Source: the human T2T-CHM13v2.0 reference genome, Homo sapiens
Strand: one strand, 5' to 3'
Assembly (NCBI RefSeq): GCF_009914755.1
Contig: NC_060947.1
DNA length: 64,000 bases
Part shown: one piece after another, positions 27,589-42,727 of the stretch
Position numbering within the stretch: the first letter of the stretch is position 1
Layout of the letters: the number at the start of each line of letters is the position of its first letter
The notes under the pieces: generated by a model
Seen by the model: the letters and a program-made list of their open reading frames with translations, nothing else
The model's database searches: none
Told to the model about the DNA's origin: nothing
Translations under genes and position numbers: made by a program

Positions 27589-30020
27589 TTTTTTTTTTTT
27601 TTTGGAGGCATTGAGACCTGCTTGATTTCTTCCATTAATACACAATGACGCAACTATGATCCCAAAGTGTGCAAAGTTAAAGTCTTCAACTGCAGCTGAG
27701 GAGAGGGTAGGAATGGTACACCTGGGGACAGTGGTGAGTCAGGAACGACGGGCAGGCAGCCATGACCAGGGCAGCCTCCTCCCCAAGGCCAGGGACAGGG
27801 GAGTGGCCTGAGGAGCAGGACCCAAGGGTAGCCCAGGGCCGGAGAAGGGGGCAGAGACCTCCCCTTGGCCTAGGTCAGGAGTTCAGAAGTGCCACGTGGC
27901 TGAGGGGGAAGGGGCTTGGGAAGGGCCAGAGGCAGGACCAGGACAGCACAATTTCCTGGGGGGCTGGGGACAAAGAGGTGCCCTACAGGAGAAGCCAGGA
28001 TGGGACGTCTGCCCCTGGGGTGGGGGCTGGGCTGGAGCAGGCTGCAGCAAGAAAGACCTGAGGCAGGCTCAGGGCCTGAGAGTCCGGCTGACTGGGGCGG
28101 GCGGCGGAGGGGCGGGGAAGGAGGGGGCTCCCAGGGCAGCCTGGCCCAGGGAGCAGTAATGACTCTGCAGGGGATGCCCAGTGAGGGACCCCAGACCCCT
28201 CAGGACCTCCCCTCCTGTCTCCCTGGAAAGGAGCTGGGGAACCCGTAGTGCAAATCTGCGGACCACTCAGTTATGGAGGGAGGCTGTGCCCGAAGGTGGA
28301 CACTGGGGTGTGCCCCCTCAACCACCTCGGCCTCCACCACTGTCCTCAGTACAGCCACTTCTCCTAAGAGTGCAGGCCATGGACACCACGCTTGATCTGA
28401 GCCAACATGGTCCGCTTCTCAAACTTGAGCTCTCCTGAGTACATCATGGACCCAAAGACAGACAGGCTGTGGACCCCGATATCCTGGTAGCCATGCTGGA
28501 TGCCCGCTATGAGGTAGGGCACAAACTTCTGAATGGACCCTTTGTCCTGGATGGAGCCCGAGATACCCTGTGTGATCTTCACCTTATCCCCCTCGCTGAA
28601 GTATCATTTCTGGGTGCTGCTGCTCTTCTCCATGGCATCCAGCGAGCCCATGCCCCGGTACTTCCTGAGCCACACCCTGTCTGAGAAGAAGTACTCGCCA
28701 GAGGCCTCCGTGGTAGCGGCCAGCAAGGAGCCCGTCATCACTGTGGAGGCTCCAAGGGCCAGCACTGTGGAGGCTCCAAGGGCCAGGGCCTTGACCATGT
28801 ACCCCACGGTCTGGATGCTGCCATCGGCTATGACGGGCACACCAAAGCGCCAGACATACTCGGCCACCTTGTACACAGCAGTGCCGTGGGTCTGACCACA
28901 GGCCATCACTTCCCCGGTGATGCAGATGGAGCCGCAGCCCATGCCCACGCTGGGCTGCTGTCACCACGTTCCCCGCAATCACCTGGAGGTGGAGGTACTT
29001 CTGTTTGATGTAATGCACCGTGGCGATCTGATACACCGAGTTCCCTTGGGACGAGTCCAAGACTATGACATCGACGCCCGCCTGAGTGAGCAGGTCCAGG
29101 CAGAATTTGTCATCTTCACGGGTGCCCACAACTGCCCCGCACAGCAGCTGCTTGTGGAAATCCTTGGAGGCCAGAGGTAGTCTCGGTTCTTCTTCAGGTC
29201 GGTGCGGGTGATGATGGCCACCAGCTCATTGTGATCATTGACGATAGGCAGCTTCCCTTTCTTGCTACGCTGCAGGATCTCATTTGCTCTTTCAATGTCA
29301 CGCCTGCTGGAGCCACCACCAGCTCGGTCCTTGGCGTCATCATCTCACTGAGGAGGATGGTGTCCTTCTCAGCAAGAAAGTCGATGTCTCGGGAGGCGAT
29401 GATACCCACCAGCTTGCTGCCGATGGTGCCCGTCTCAGTGATGGGGATGCCAGAGAAGCCATGCCGCATCTTGGCCTCCAGTACATCACCCACGGTGTGC
29501 GAGGGGCTCAGCACCACGGGGTCCGTGATGAAGCCCTGTTCAAACTTCTTGACCTTCTGCACCTTATTGGCCTGAAACTCTGGGGTGCAGTTGTGGTGAA
29601 TGAAACTAATACCTCCTATCAGAGCCCTCCCATCAGAGCCATCACGATGGCCATGTCGGCATCTGTCACAGTGCCCATGGAGGAGGAGGTCAGCGGAGTC
29701 TTCAGCGTGATCTTCCGGGTCAGGGCTGAGGTCAGGTCCACCTCATCAGTTATGAAGCCTATGAATCCTGGGAGAATCAGGAAGTCGTTGTAGGTGAGGC
29801 CATCGGCGCTGGCGAAGAGCTGCTGCGCGGTGAGGCCGGCCTCGGACACGTAGCGGGTGCTGCCGCTGATCAGGTAGTCCGCCATGCTGCCGCAAGACCC
29901 CGACATAAACACCCGCGCGGCCGCCAGCCGCTGCAGCCGCCGCCGCCGCCACTGCTGCTGCTGCTGAGGCCGCGCGGCGGACACGCTGCAGCCTCGGGCC
30001 GGGCGGGCCGGGGGCGGGGG
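27589..30020 (-). pseudogene. IMPDH1: Processed pseudogene of IMPDH1 (inosine-5'-monophosphate dehydrogenase 1); 5'UTR, CDS remnant 29885-28346, 3'UTR and poly(A)
   Basis: Intronless IMPDH1 peptides [66 protein letters not shown]; several frameshifts and stops; poly-T 27589-27603; TSD ctgttcttttt at 27583 and 30021. Paralog number not determined. Confidence 0.97.
29780..30020. promoter_or_regulatory. Small CpG-rich patch with GC boxes and a G4 motif, from the retrocopied IMPDH1 5'UTR
   Basis: Dense CpG (cccgcgcggccgcc, (gcc)n, ggccgcgcggcgg); gggcgggccgggggcggggg at 30001-30020. Confidence 0.45.
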
Positions 30021-30035
30021 CTGTTCTTTTTTGAC

Positions 30036-33000
30036 TTGTTTTTTTTTCTTTCCAACTTTTATTTCAGGTTCAAGGAGTACATGTGCAAGTTTTCAAGTTT
30101 TTTACCTGGGTAAGTTGCATGTTGTGGGGATTTGGTGTAAAGATAATTTTGTCACCCAGGTAATCAGCATAATACCCAATAGGTTGTTTTTAAATCCTTA
30201 CCCTCCTCCCACGCTTCACCCTCAGATAGGCACCAGTGTGTATTGTTCCCTTCTTTGTGTCCATGCATAGTCAACATATTGCTCCTATGTATAAGTGAGA
30301 ACATATGACAGTTGGTTTTCTGTTCCTCCATTAATTCACGTAGGATTATGGCCTCCAGTTCCATCCATGTTGCTGCAAAGGCCATGAACTCATTTTTTAT
30401 AGCTGCGTAGTATTTCATGGTATATATGTACCACATTTTCTGAATCCAGTTTACTATTGATGGACATCTAGGTTGATTCCATGTCTCTGCTATTATGAAT
30501 AGTGCTACAATGAATATATGTGTGCATGTATCTTTATGGTAGAATAATTTATATTCCTTTGGGTATATACCCAGTAATGGAATTGTTGGGTCCAGTGGTA
30601 GTTCTATTTTAAGTTCTTTGAGAAATCTCCAGACTTACCACAATGGCTGAACTAATTTATTTTCCCAGCAGTAGTGTATGTGTTTCCTTTACTTTGCAAA
30701 CATGCCAGCATTTGTTATTTTTTGACATTTTAATAATAGATATTCTGACTTGTGTGAGATGGTATCTCATTGTGGTTTTGATTTCCAATCCCACAATAAT
30801 TAGTGATGTTGACTATTTTTACATATGCTTGTTGGTCGTGTGTATGTCTTCTTTTGAGAAGTGTCTGCTCATATCCTTTGCCCATTTTGTAATGGGGTTA
30901 TTTTTTGCTTGTTGATTTGTTTGGGTTCCTTATAGATTCAGGATATTAAACCTTTGTTGCATGCATAGTTTGCAAATATTTTATCACATTCTGTAGGTTG
31001 TCTGTTTACTCTTAATTTTTTTTTTTTGGCTGTGCAGAAGCTGTTTAGTTATAACCCACTTTTCAATTTTTGTTTATTTGTTTTTCAATTGCTTTTGGAG
31101 TCTTCATCATTAAGTTTTTACCTGGGCCAATATACAGAATGGTATTTCCTAGATTTTCTTCTAGGGTCTTTATAGTTTTACATTTTATGTTTAAGTCTTT
31201 AATCCATTTTGAGTTGGTTTTTGTATACAGTGAAATGTAGGGGTCCAGCTTCAATCTTCTGCATATGGCTAGCCAGTTATCTCACCACCATTTATTGAAT
31301 AGAGAGCCTATTCCCCATTGCTTGTTTTTGTCACCTTTGTCAAAGATCAGATGGCTGTAGGTGTGCAGCCTTATTTCTGGAACCTGTTCCATTGGTCTAT
31401 GTGTTTGTTTTTATACCAGTACCATGCTATTTTAGTTACTGTAGACTTGTAGTATGATTTGAAGTTGAGTAGTGTGATACCTCCAGCTTTGTTCTTTTTG
31501 CTTAAGATTGCTTTGACTATTCAGGCTCTCTTTTAGTTCCATATGGATTTGAGAATCCTTTTGTTCCAATTCTGTGAAAAAGGTTGTTGGTTGTTTGATA
31601 GGTATAGCATTGAATCTGTGAATTACTTTGGATCATATAGCCATTTTAACAAGATTGATTCTTCCTATCCATGAGCATGGAATGTTTTTCCATTTGTTTC
31701 TGTCATCTCTGATTTCTTGTAGCAGTTTTTTGTAATTCTCATTATAGAGATCTCTCACTTCCCTGGTTGTCTGTATTCCTAGGTATTTTATTCGTTTTGT
31801 AGCTACCATGAATGGGATTGCAACTTTTACTTGGCTCTCAGCTTGGATGTTATTGGCATATAGAAATGCTACTGATTATTATATGTTGATTTTGCACACT
31901 GACACTTTGCTGCAGGTGTTTATCATATTTAGAAAACTTTGGGCAGAGACTATGAGGTTTTCTAGTATCGTGATGCTTTTTTTATAGTATCATGTTATCT
32001 AAAAAAAAGAGAAAGTTTGACTTCCTCTCTTCATAGTTGGATGCCTTTTATTTCTCCCTCTTGCCTGATTGCTTTGGCTATGATTTCCAATACTACGCTG
32101 AATAGGAATGAAGAGAGTTTGCATATTTGTCTTGTTCCAGATCTAAAGGGGAATGCTTCTAGCTTTTGCCCATTCAGTGTGATGTTGACTGTGGGTTTGA
32201 CATATGTGGCTCCTATTATTTTGAAGTTTGTACCTCCAATGCCTAGTTTGTTGATAGTTTTTAACATGATGGGATGTTGAATTTTATCAAAAGCCTTTTC
32301 TGTGTCTACTAAGATGATCATGTGCTTTTGTTTTTAATTCCATTTATGTGACAAATTACATGTATTGATTTGCAAATGCTGAACCAACCTTGCATCCCAG
32401 GAATAAAGCCTACTTGATCATGGTGTATTCACTTTTTGATGTGCTGCTGGATTTGATTTGCTAGTATTTTGCTGAGGATTTTTAGACCAATGTTCATCAG
32501 GGATATGGGCCTGAAGTTTTCTTTTTTGTTGTTGTGTCTCTGCCAGGTTTTGGTATCAGAATGATGCTGATCTCATAGAATGAGTTTGAGAGGAATCCCT
32601 CTTCCTCAATTTTTTGGAATAGTTTCAGTAGGATTGGTACCAGCTCCTCTTTATATGTCTGGTAGAATTCAGCTGTGAATCTGCCTCGTCCAGGGCTTTG
32701 GTTGGTAGGTCTTTAACCACTGATTGAATTTCAGAAGTGGTGATTGGTCTGTTCAGGGTATCAATTTCTTCCTGGTTCCATCTTGGGAGGTTGTATGTTT
32801 CCAGGAATTTATCCATTTCTTGTAGGTTTTCTAGTTGGTGTGCATAGAGGTATTCATAATAGTCTCAGAGGGTTTACTGTATTTCTATGCAGTCAGTTGT
32901 AATGTCCCCTTCGTCATTACTACTTTGTTTATTTGGATCTTTGCCCTTTATTCTTTATTAGTATAGCTAGTGGTCTATCTTATTTATTGCTTCAAAGAAC

Positions 33001-34394
33001 CAACTTTTGGTTTTGTTTATCTTTTGTACGGTTTTTCTCGTCTCCATTTCATTAAGTTCAGCTGTGATTTGTATTCTTTTTCCCTGTTAGCTTTGTGTTT
33101 TCTTTGCTCTTATTTATCTAGTTCCTTTAGGTGTGATATTAGTGTTTTTTAAAATTTGAGATCTTTCTAACTTTCTGATGTGGTCATTTAGCGCTGTAAA
33201 CTCCTCTCTTGACACTGCTTTACCTGTGTTCCAGAGAGTCTGGTATGTTGTATCTTTGTTTTTATTCATTTCTAAGAACTTTTCAATTTCTGCCTTTATT
33301 TCATTATTTACCCAGAAGTCATTCAGGAGCAGATTGTTTAATTCCCATTTAATTATATGATTTTGAGAGATCTTCTTGGTATTGATTTCTATTTTAATTG
33401 CACTGTGTTCCAAAAGTGTGATTGGTATGATTTTTGTTTTTTTGAATTTGTTGATAATTGCTTTATGGTCAAGCATGTGGTCAATTTTAGAGTATGTGTC
33501 ACGTGCAGATGAGAAGAATGTATATTCTATTTTTGTTGAGTGGAGTGTTCTGTGGATATCTGTTAGGTCCATTGGTCAAGTGCCAAATTTATGTCCTGAA
33601 TATCTTTGTTAGTATTCTGCCCTGGTGATCTGTCCAGTACTGTAAGTGGAGTGTTGAAGTCTCCTACTATTATTATGTGGTTATCTAAGTATCTTCATAA
33701 GTCTCTAAGAACTCACTTCCAGTTTTGGGTACATATATTCAGGATAGTTAAGTCTTCTTGTTGAATTGATCCTTTTATTATTATATGAGGCCCTTTTTTG
33801 TCTCTTTTTTAAAACAGGTTCTTGCTATGTCATTCAAACTGGAGTGAAATGGTGCAATCACAGCTCACTGAAGCCTCAACCTCCTTAAGCAATTATTGCA
33901 CCTCAGCCTCCTGAGTATCTTGGACTGCAGGTGTATGTCACCATGCCTGGCTAATTTTGTATTTTTTGTAGAAACAGGGGTCTCACCATGTTGCCCAGGC
34001 TGTTCTCAAACTCCTGGACTCAAGTAATACACCCACCCCGGCCTCCCAAAGTGCTGGAATTACAAGCATGAGCCACCATGCCCGGCTCTGTGACTTTTTA
34101 TCACTGTTGGTTTAAAGCCCACTGTTTTCTGGAATAAGAATAACAACTCCTGCTCTTTTTTTGTTTTCCATTTGTTTGATAGATCTTTCTGCATGTCTTT
34201 ACTTTGAGCCTACAGGTATCCTTGCATGTGAGATGGGTCTCTGGAAGACAGTGTACAATTGGGTCTTGCTTCTTTATTCAACTTGCCACTCTGTGCCTTT
34301 TAAATAAAGGTGTTTAACCTGTTTCAAGGTTAATATTGATATGCACAGGTTTGATCCTGCCATTGTATTGTAAGCTGATTGTTATGTAGAATTG
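30036..34394 (-). mobile_element. 5'-truncated L1PA15/16-like LINE nested in the L1PB
   Basis: New L1PA 3' end; ORF2 RT and EN remnants (32031-32321, 33114-33572). Confidence 0.85.
33805..34086 (-). mobile_element. AluJ
   Basis: Degenerate Alu dimer in reverse orientation. Confidence 0.88.
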
Positions 34395-35824
34395 ATTTTC
34401 AATAATAGCCATCCTGACTGGTGTAAGATGATATCTCATTATGGTTTTAATTTTTATTTCTGTGATGATTAGTAATGTTGAGCATTTTTTCATGTGTTTA
34501 TTGGCCACTTGTATATTTTCCTTTAAGAGGACATGACTGTTCATGTACTTTGTCCACTGTTAATGAGGTTGTTTGCTTACTTCTTGTTGAATTGAGTTTC
34601 TTATAGATTTTAGATATTAGTCCTTTGTTGGAACCATAATTTTCAAATATTTTATCCTATTCTGTAGGTTGTCTGTTTGCTCTTCTGATTATTTCTTTTG
34701 CTGTAAGAAGCTTTTTAGTTTAATTAAGTCCCATTTGTATATTTTGTTTTTGTCGCATTTGCTTTTGGGGTCTTTGTCATAAATTTTTTGCCTAGGCCAA
34801 TGTCCACAAGAGTATTTCCTAGATTTTCTTCTAGAATTGTTTAAGTTATGTTTTGTAATTTACATTTTTAATTCATCTTTAGTTGATGTTTGTATATGGT
34901 GAGAGATAGGGGTCCAGTTTCATTCTTCTACAAATGGCTAGAAAAATTTCCCAGCACTATTTATTGAAAAGGACGTCCTTTCCACAGTGTTTACTTTTGT
35001 CACCTTTGTCAAAGATCAGGTGGTTGTAGATATGTGGCTTTACTTTCGGGTTCTCTATTCTGTTCCATTGGTCTATGTGTTTATTTTTGTACCAGTACAA
35101 TACTGTTTTAGTTACTTTAGCCTTGTAGTATAATTTGAAGTCAGGTAATTTGATTCCTCCAGATTTATTCTTTTTGCTTAGGATTCCTTTGGCTATTTGG
35201 GCTCTTTTTTGGGGTTTGTATTAATTTTAATTTTTTTTTGTTATTGTTCTGTGAAAAATGATGTTGGTGATGTGATAAGAATTTCATTGAATCTGTAGAT
35301 TGCTTTGAGTCACATAGAGGGAGTAGTCAGAGGCCAACGGTGGTGAACTGGGCTAGGCAAACCTCTGATCCCAAGGCCCCCAGATGGCCCACTAAATGGC
35401 ATGTATGAGTCCTAAGGGCACTGAAACAGGAATAGGCCTGTAGACTTGTTCTTGGAAACCACAGAATTCACATGCTGGCTGTGACAGAGAGGAATGGGAT
35501 GGTTCCTGGGTCACCAGCAGAACTCTCAGGCAGGGGCAAGAAGAATGCTCAGGCAGCAGCAGAATGCTCAGGTGGTGGGAACCCCAGAAAAGATCACAGG
35601 CCTATGGGGCTAGGCTCTCAGAAGGGCTCCAGACCACTGCTGAAATGGTCAGGTAGGAGCAGAGCACCTGTGCTGCAGGCCTTTCACTGGGGAAGGCAGG
35701 GCCCACTCACCTGGGGCAGTGGAGACTAGCAGCTCTGGGATCTACTAGCGGCATGGCCCAGTCACACTTTCCTTCCCAGAACCCATAGTGGATTTTGCTA
35801 TTGGCGGCATGTGAAGATGCCCAG

Positions 35825-36187
35825 TGATATGGTCTGGCTGTTTGTCCCCACCCAAATCTCATCTTGAATTGTAATCGCACTATAATCCCCATGCATTGGG
35901 GAAGGACCTCATGGGAGGTGATTAGATCATGGGGGTGGTTCCTCCATGCTGTTCTTGTGATAGTGAGTGAGCTCTCATGAGATCTAGGAACTTTCCCCCT
36001 TCACTTGGCACTTCTCTCTCCTGCTGCCATGTGAAGAAGGATGTGTTTGCTTCCCCCTTCATGATGATTGTAAGTTTCCTGAGGCCTCCCCAGCCATGTG
36101 GAACTGTGAGTCAATTAAACCTTTTTCTTTTATAAATTATCCAGGCTTGGGTATTTCTTCACATCAGTGTGAGAATGGACTAATACA
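35825..36187 (+). mobile_element. THE1 (C/D-like) solo LTR
   Basis: 'tgatatggtctggctg...gagaatggactaataca'; 5-bp TSD cccag at 35820-35824 and 36188-36192. Confidence 0.92.
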
Positions 36188-37360
36188 CCCAGCCTCCATG
36201 CACTTTCCCTGGCCTGGGGGTGTCAAAAGTGGTAGTGGCGGCATTGGTGGTGGCAACTGCTGTGGGAACTGAAGGGTACGTCACTGGCCTCTGGGGCCTG
36301 GGCTCTCAGAATAATGGCGGGCTGCAGCCATAGTGCTCACATGGGGGTAGAGCTGCTGTGCTGGGGACTTGACACCAAAGCAAGTGGGCCCTCTTCAGCA
36401 TGGAGCAGTGGATGTGGGGAGTTGTGTGGTGCTAAGTCTGCCCTCTCCTCCATACTGTGGCTGTGGTATCTGTGTTTGGGGTGTGCAAAAGTGCCCAGCC
36501 TCCCTTCTTGGTGGAGTGGGGGCAGATGATGTTGGGCAGCTCGGGGATAAAGCCTGTAGGATTCCATGTGAGCTCAAGCAGTGCCTCTGCAGTCTCCAGG
36601 CAGTCCCTGTGTTAGTATGTAGGCCTGGGAGGGTCCAGGGGGCTCCCTCATGGCTAGGATTATAAAGGTCCATGGTGGAAGTATGAAACCCCAGGGGTCT
36701 CTCACTCACTCATCCCTTCCTTACATTAGAAAACCTCTCCTGGCTCTGTGCCAGTCCCAGCTCAGCAGGCTGCCTGGCTTCACTCTCCTCTGCTTTCTGT
36801 GATTCCTGTCACTTCTCTGATCAATTCCAGCATGCTCTCATAGATGATCTACTTGAAGTGTTAGTATTTACTCACTATTTTGATTCCTCTCCATGAGAGA
36901 GGTGCCCCACTGGCTGCTTCTAGTCAGCCATCTTGAACTGAAACCTAGATATTTTTAAACTGAGGTGGTTTCAGGTGTCCACATGTCTCCCAATTACAAC
37001 CGAAAAACCTTTAAACCCATTAAAAATTTTTGTTTTGTAACGTCTTTTCTTGAGGTTCCTCTCTCTCTTTGCAATTTTCCATACTTAATACCTAAATTCA
37101 CTAGTACCATTTTCAGAACTGGATAAGAGGGGCACCTGCCCTGAGGCTCATGCTTTCAAGGACCCCAATGCCACAAATATACACACATAAAAAATGTTAA
37201 AAAGGACACATGGGAGCCTCTGGCACTCCTGATCTGGCATTCAGTATTGGTACAACACAATTCACTATGGTAAGTGTCCACTTTTATAACTGATGCCATT
37301 TTGGCCCCATGGGAGTGCTTCTCCACATCTCTTCTCATGAGTTTTCAAAACTAAAGGCAA

Positions 37361-37688
<328 letters not shown>

Positions 37689-37952
37689 TCACATCTCCTT
37701 TCAATGCTGTGAAAGTTTGTGGTTTATGCCATTGGCAACATTGTAGATGGATACTTCTTTTCAGATCTGAGAGAATTTGAATGGAACAAACAAACAAACA
37801 GAAAACAGAACGAGATGCAAGAGAACAGAAAGGGATGCAAGAAAAAGGATCCCCAGCATTACTGGAACATATTTCAAAATGCACAAATCTGTTGTGTTAC
37901 TGGTATCTGAGGAGGATTTGAAAAGTGAGCCCTTTTGTTTTACTTTAGAGCT

Positions 37953-38082
37953 TCTGTATTTTTAGTAGAGATGGGGATTCGCCATGTTGGCCAGGCTGGT
38001 CTCGAACTTCTGGGCTCAAGCAATCCACCTGCCTGGGTCTCTCAAAGTGCTGGGATTCCAGGTGTAAGCCACTGCACCCAAC
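37953..38082 (-). mobile_element. Alu left monomer / FLAM fragment
   Basis: 'tgtatttttagtagagatgggg...caaagtgctgggatt'. Confidence 0.85.
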
Positions 38083-38381
38083 TGAGGTTTTTTAATCAGT
38101 GTATTAATTTATTTTACCGAAAGAGATCCAAATTCCTAATCCCAGGGCCATTCCTCAGGAAGCCTTTGAAGTGTGTGTTTACCTTGTTTCCAGCTCTCCA
38201 GATTCCCTCTGCTTAAGAGACATCGCTGCTGTAAATTTTCTTTAAAGTACTGATTCAGCCTTTCAGCCACTAAACACCACTTATTTATTACTTCTTTCCC
38301 CAACAGACTTCACGTTTTGAAAGACAGTGTCTAGAAAACAAACTGCATTCATTAAGACATCATTTGCTTTTCTGTTTTTAG

Positions 38382-38478
38382 TTAATCACAAACATCTATA
38401 ACTACCAAACACAGCTTCTGAACAGCATTGAGTGTTTGTCATTCTACCCTGAAATAATGTGATTACAACAGAAGCAAG
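38382..38478 (+). pseudogene. Candidate relic exon C (97 nt; alternative donor at 38483)
   Basis: Acceptor 'tttgcttttctgtttttag|'; tandem donors 'AAG|gtaag|gtaact'; phase-0 frame LITNIYNYQTQLLNSIECLSFYPEIM*LQQKQ with one TGA. Confidence 0.5.
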
Positions 38479-39039
38479 GTAAGGTAACTTTTTAAGTTAT
38501 TCTGGACATCTTTATTGAAATGAATATGTTATTTCAGTTAGGCCTTTTAAAAATATTGAAAATAGCCTGCAGATCTGACTGGTTTTTACTGGCTTATTAC
38601 TTCCTTTTACTTCTTGAAAATCCTCTAGTTTTTGACATCAAAAAAATGCTGGCCTGAGGCCAGAATTCTGGTTATGGCCACATGAGGACATGGGTAAATT
38701 TTCTCCCTAAATAACAACCATGGAGCTGTACAAAATTGACAAAACCACCATTTCAGTTCTCTGGAAATTGACAAAGGCTTATAATAGTCTGAGGGGCATT
38801 TATGCTTAAAAACCTGCTAGACTTGTGGTAAGACCCATGGGAGTCTGTAAGCACTCTTGATGCTCGATGGGATGGCTATTCCCATCAAACTTCGCCGCTC
38901 CCCTCCCCAGCTCAGATAAATGCAGAAGTTCCACCAGCTTCTCAGCTGCAGTTGAAGGGAACTCACTCAACTTAGAGTGGTGGGTGCTGTCCATGCCCGA
39001 CTGTGTTTTCAAGAAAAGTGATGATTTCTGAGGTCTAAT

Positions 39040-39225
39040 TCAGAGCTGGGACCAGGATAAAGGTAGGTGAGGCGCCCACCTTGGGTGCAAAATTTAAGAA
39101 AGTATGAAAAAACACATTAATCAAGATAAAAACTATTTTGATGCAATCATTTTAAAAATCAAAATTAATGCAAAAATGTTATGATGAACAAAATATTAAA
39201 ATTTTAAATAAGGATAAGTTCCAGC
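39040..39225 (+). mobile_element. MER96B-like hAT DNA transposon relic
   Basis: 'gtgaggcgcccaccttgggtgcaaaatttaag...aatcaagataaa...aaaatcaaaattaatgcaaaaa'. Confidence 0.55.
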
Positions 39226-39882
39226 TCTAGCACTGTATCTACTGCAGTTGTGGTTGAGGCAATTGGATTTCTGGCTGAGGCAGTTATGAAGAAAAATATA
39301 TATTCGTTTTATTTGTATAAGTATTTAAAGCTATAAATTTTCCTCTGGTAAGTGCTTTAGCCGTAACCATATATACTGATCATATGTTTTCATTGTTATT
39401 TTCAAGAATTCTGCAATTTTGGGTCTGCATTCTTCCTTTGATTCAAAAGTTGTTTAGTGGGGTTGTCGTCTTTTGTAATTTCCAGGTAGAAAACATTTTT
39501 TTAATTGTTATTAATTTCTAGTTTTATTGCACTGTGATCAGGAAATACTTGTTTGTATTATTTCTATTCTTGGATTTTATTGAAGCTTTTGTTGTGGCAT
39601 TAAGATCTAGTCAATTTTTATTAATGATTCATATATAGTTGAAGAACGTATATTCTCTATTCTATAGGTTAAGAGTTTGCTATGAGATATATATTATTAA
39701 TTGCTTCCTGGATCTTTCTAAATTTTTATTGACTTATTCTTAGATTCGGAGTTATATAAAGGTCTATTAGTGTGTATCTGTCATCTATTTTTCCTCACAT
39801 TTACACAAATACTTTTTTATATATATGCAAACACATACATATAATCTTTTTATATGTATGTGTACATATGCATGTATACATA

Positions 39883-41756
<1,874 letters not shown>

Positions 41757-41897
41757 TATATACAATATTTTACTTGGAAGTATGTTTTAATTTGCTCTCT
41801 TTTTGTTATATCGTTTGATATTTAAAAAAGGTTGTAATTTTGTACTTATGGTTACTTTTATACTAATATCATTTTATATACACACATACATATATAT

Positions 41898-42140
41898 AGT
41901 CATCCCTTGGTATACACAGGGTATTTGTTCCGGGACACACCCTCTTTGTGTATACCAAAATCCCCACATACTCAAGTCCAGCAGTTGGCCCTATGAAACC
42001 CACATATATAAAAAGTCATCCCTCTGTATATGTGGAGCTCACATCTAGGGAATACTGTATTTTGTATCTGAGTTTGGGTTGAAAAACACCCAGATATAAG
42101 TGGACCTGCACAGTTCAAATCCATGTTGTTCAAAGATCTA
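41898..42140. mobile_element. MER2-type Tigger MITE relic
   Basis: 'agtcatcccttggtatac' and 'ggacctgcacagttcaaatccatgttgttcaa'. Confidence 0.7.
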
Positions 42141-42286
42141 TACACATTTCCCCATTTTTGGATGCTCTCTACTGGTTCCTTGCTATGAACACTATAGAAA
42201 CATGTTAGTTGTATTTTCTTTTCCCTTACTTTCCTCTTAATCATGGTCTTATATGAAGTATTATGTTTTTAATCCCTATTACTACC

Positions 42287-42727
42287 TGTGGTTGGCAGAA
42301 TAATACCTTCCCCAAAGATGTTCATGTTCTAATTCCCCAAATTATTACCTTACATGGCAAAAAGAACTGTGTATATGTTATTAAAGTTAAGTGCCATGAG
42401 ATGAGACGATTATTCTGGATTATACAGGTGAACTCAATGTAATGACAAGGGTCCTTATAAGTGGGAGGAAAGAAAGTCAGAGCAAATGCAATGTGATGAT
42501 GGAAACAGAGGTTGGAGTGATGCACCCAGAAAGCCACAAGCCAAGAAAGGTAGGCACACTTCAGAAGCTGGAAAAGGCAAGGAAATAGATTCTCTCGCTA
42601 CGGCCTCCAGAAGGAATATAACCCTGAAGAACCATTTTGGACTTCTGACTTCCATAACTATAAGAAAATTAATTTGTGTTGTTTTAATTTGTGGAAGTTA
42701 TTACGGCAGCAATAGGAAAATAATACA
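42287..42727 (+). mobile_element. MLT1D-like MaLR solo LTR
   Basis: 'tgtggttggcagaataat...agaagctggaaaaggcaaggaaatagattctc...gcagcaataggaaaataataca'. Confidence 0.85.

Noticed and set aside
27762-28438. Cluster of GC-rich + strand ORFs
   Set aside because: They are antisense to the IMPDH1 3'UTR retrocopy; long frames are expected in stop-poor GC-rich DNA
29619-29984. 121-aa ORF with poly-Q/poly-R N-terminus as a functional IMPDH1 isoform
   Set aside because: It is read-through of the triplet-rich 5'UTR from a non-ATG start and ends at the 14-bp frameshifting duplication
27589-30020. Assigning a specific IMPDH1P number or chromosomal locus
   Set aside because: Several IMPDH1 retrocopies exist and I found no landmark that fixes the locus; a BLAT search is needed
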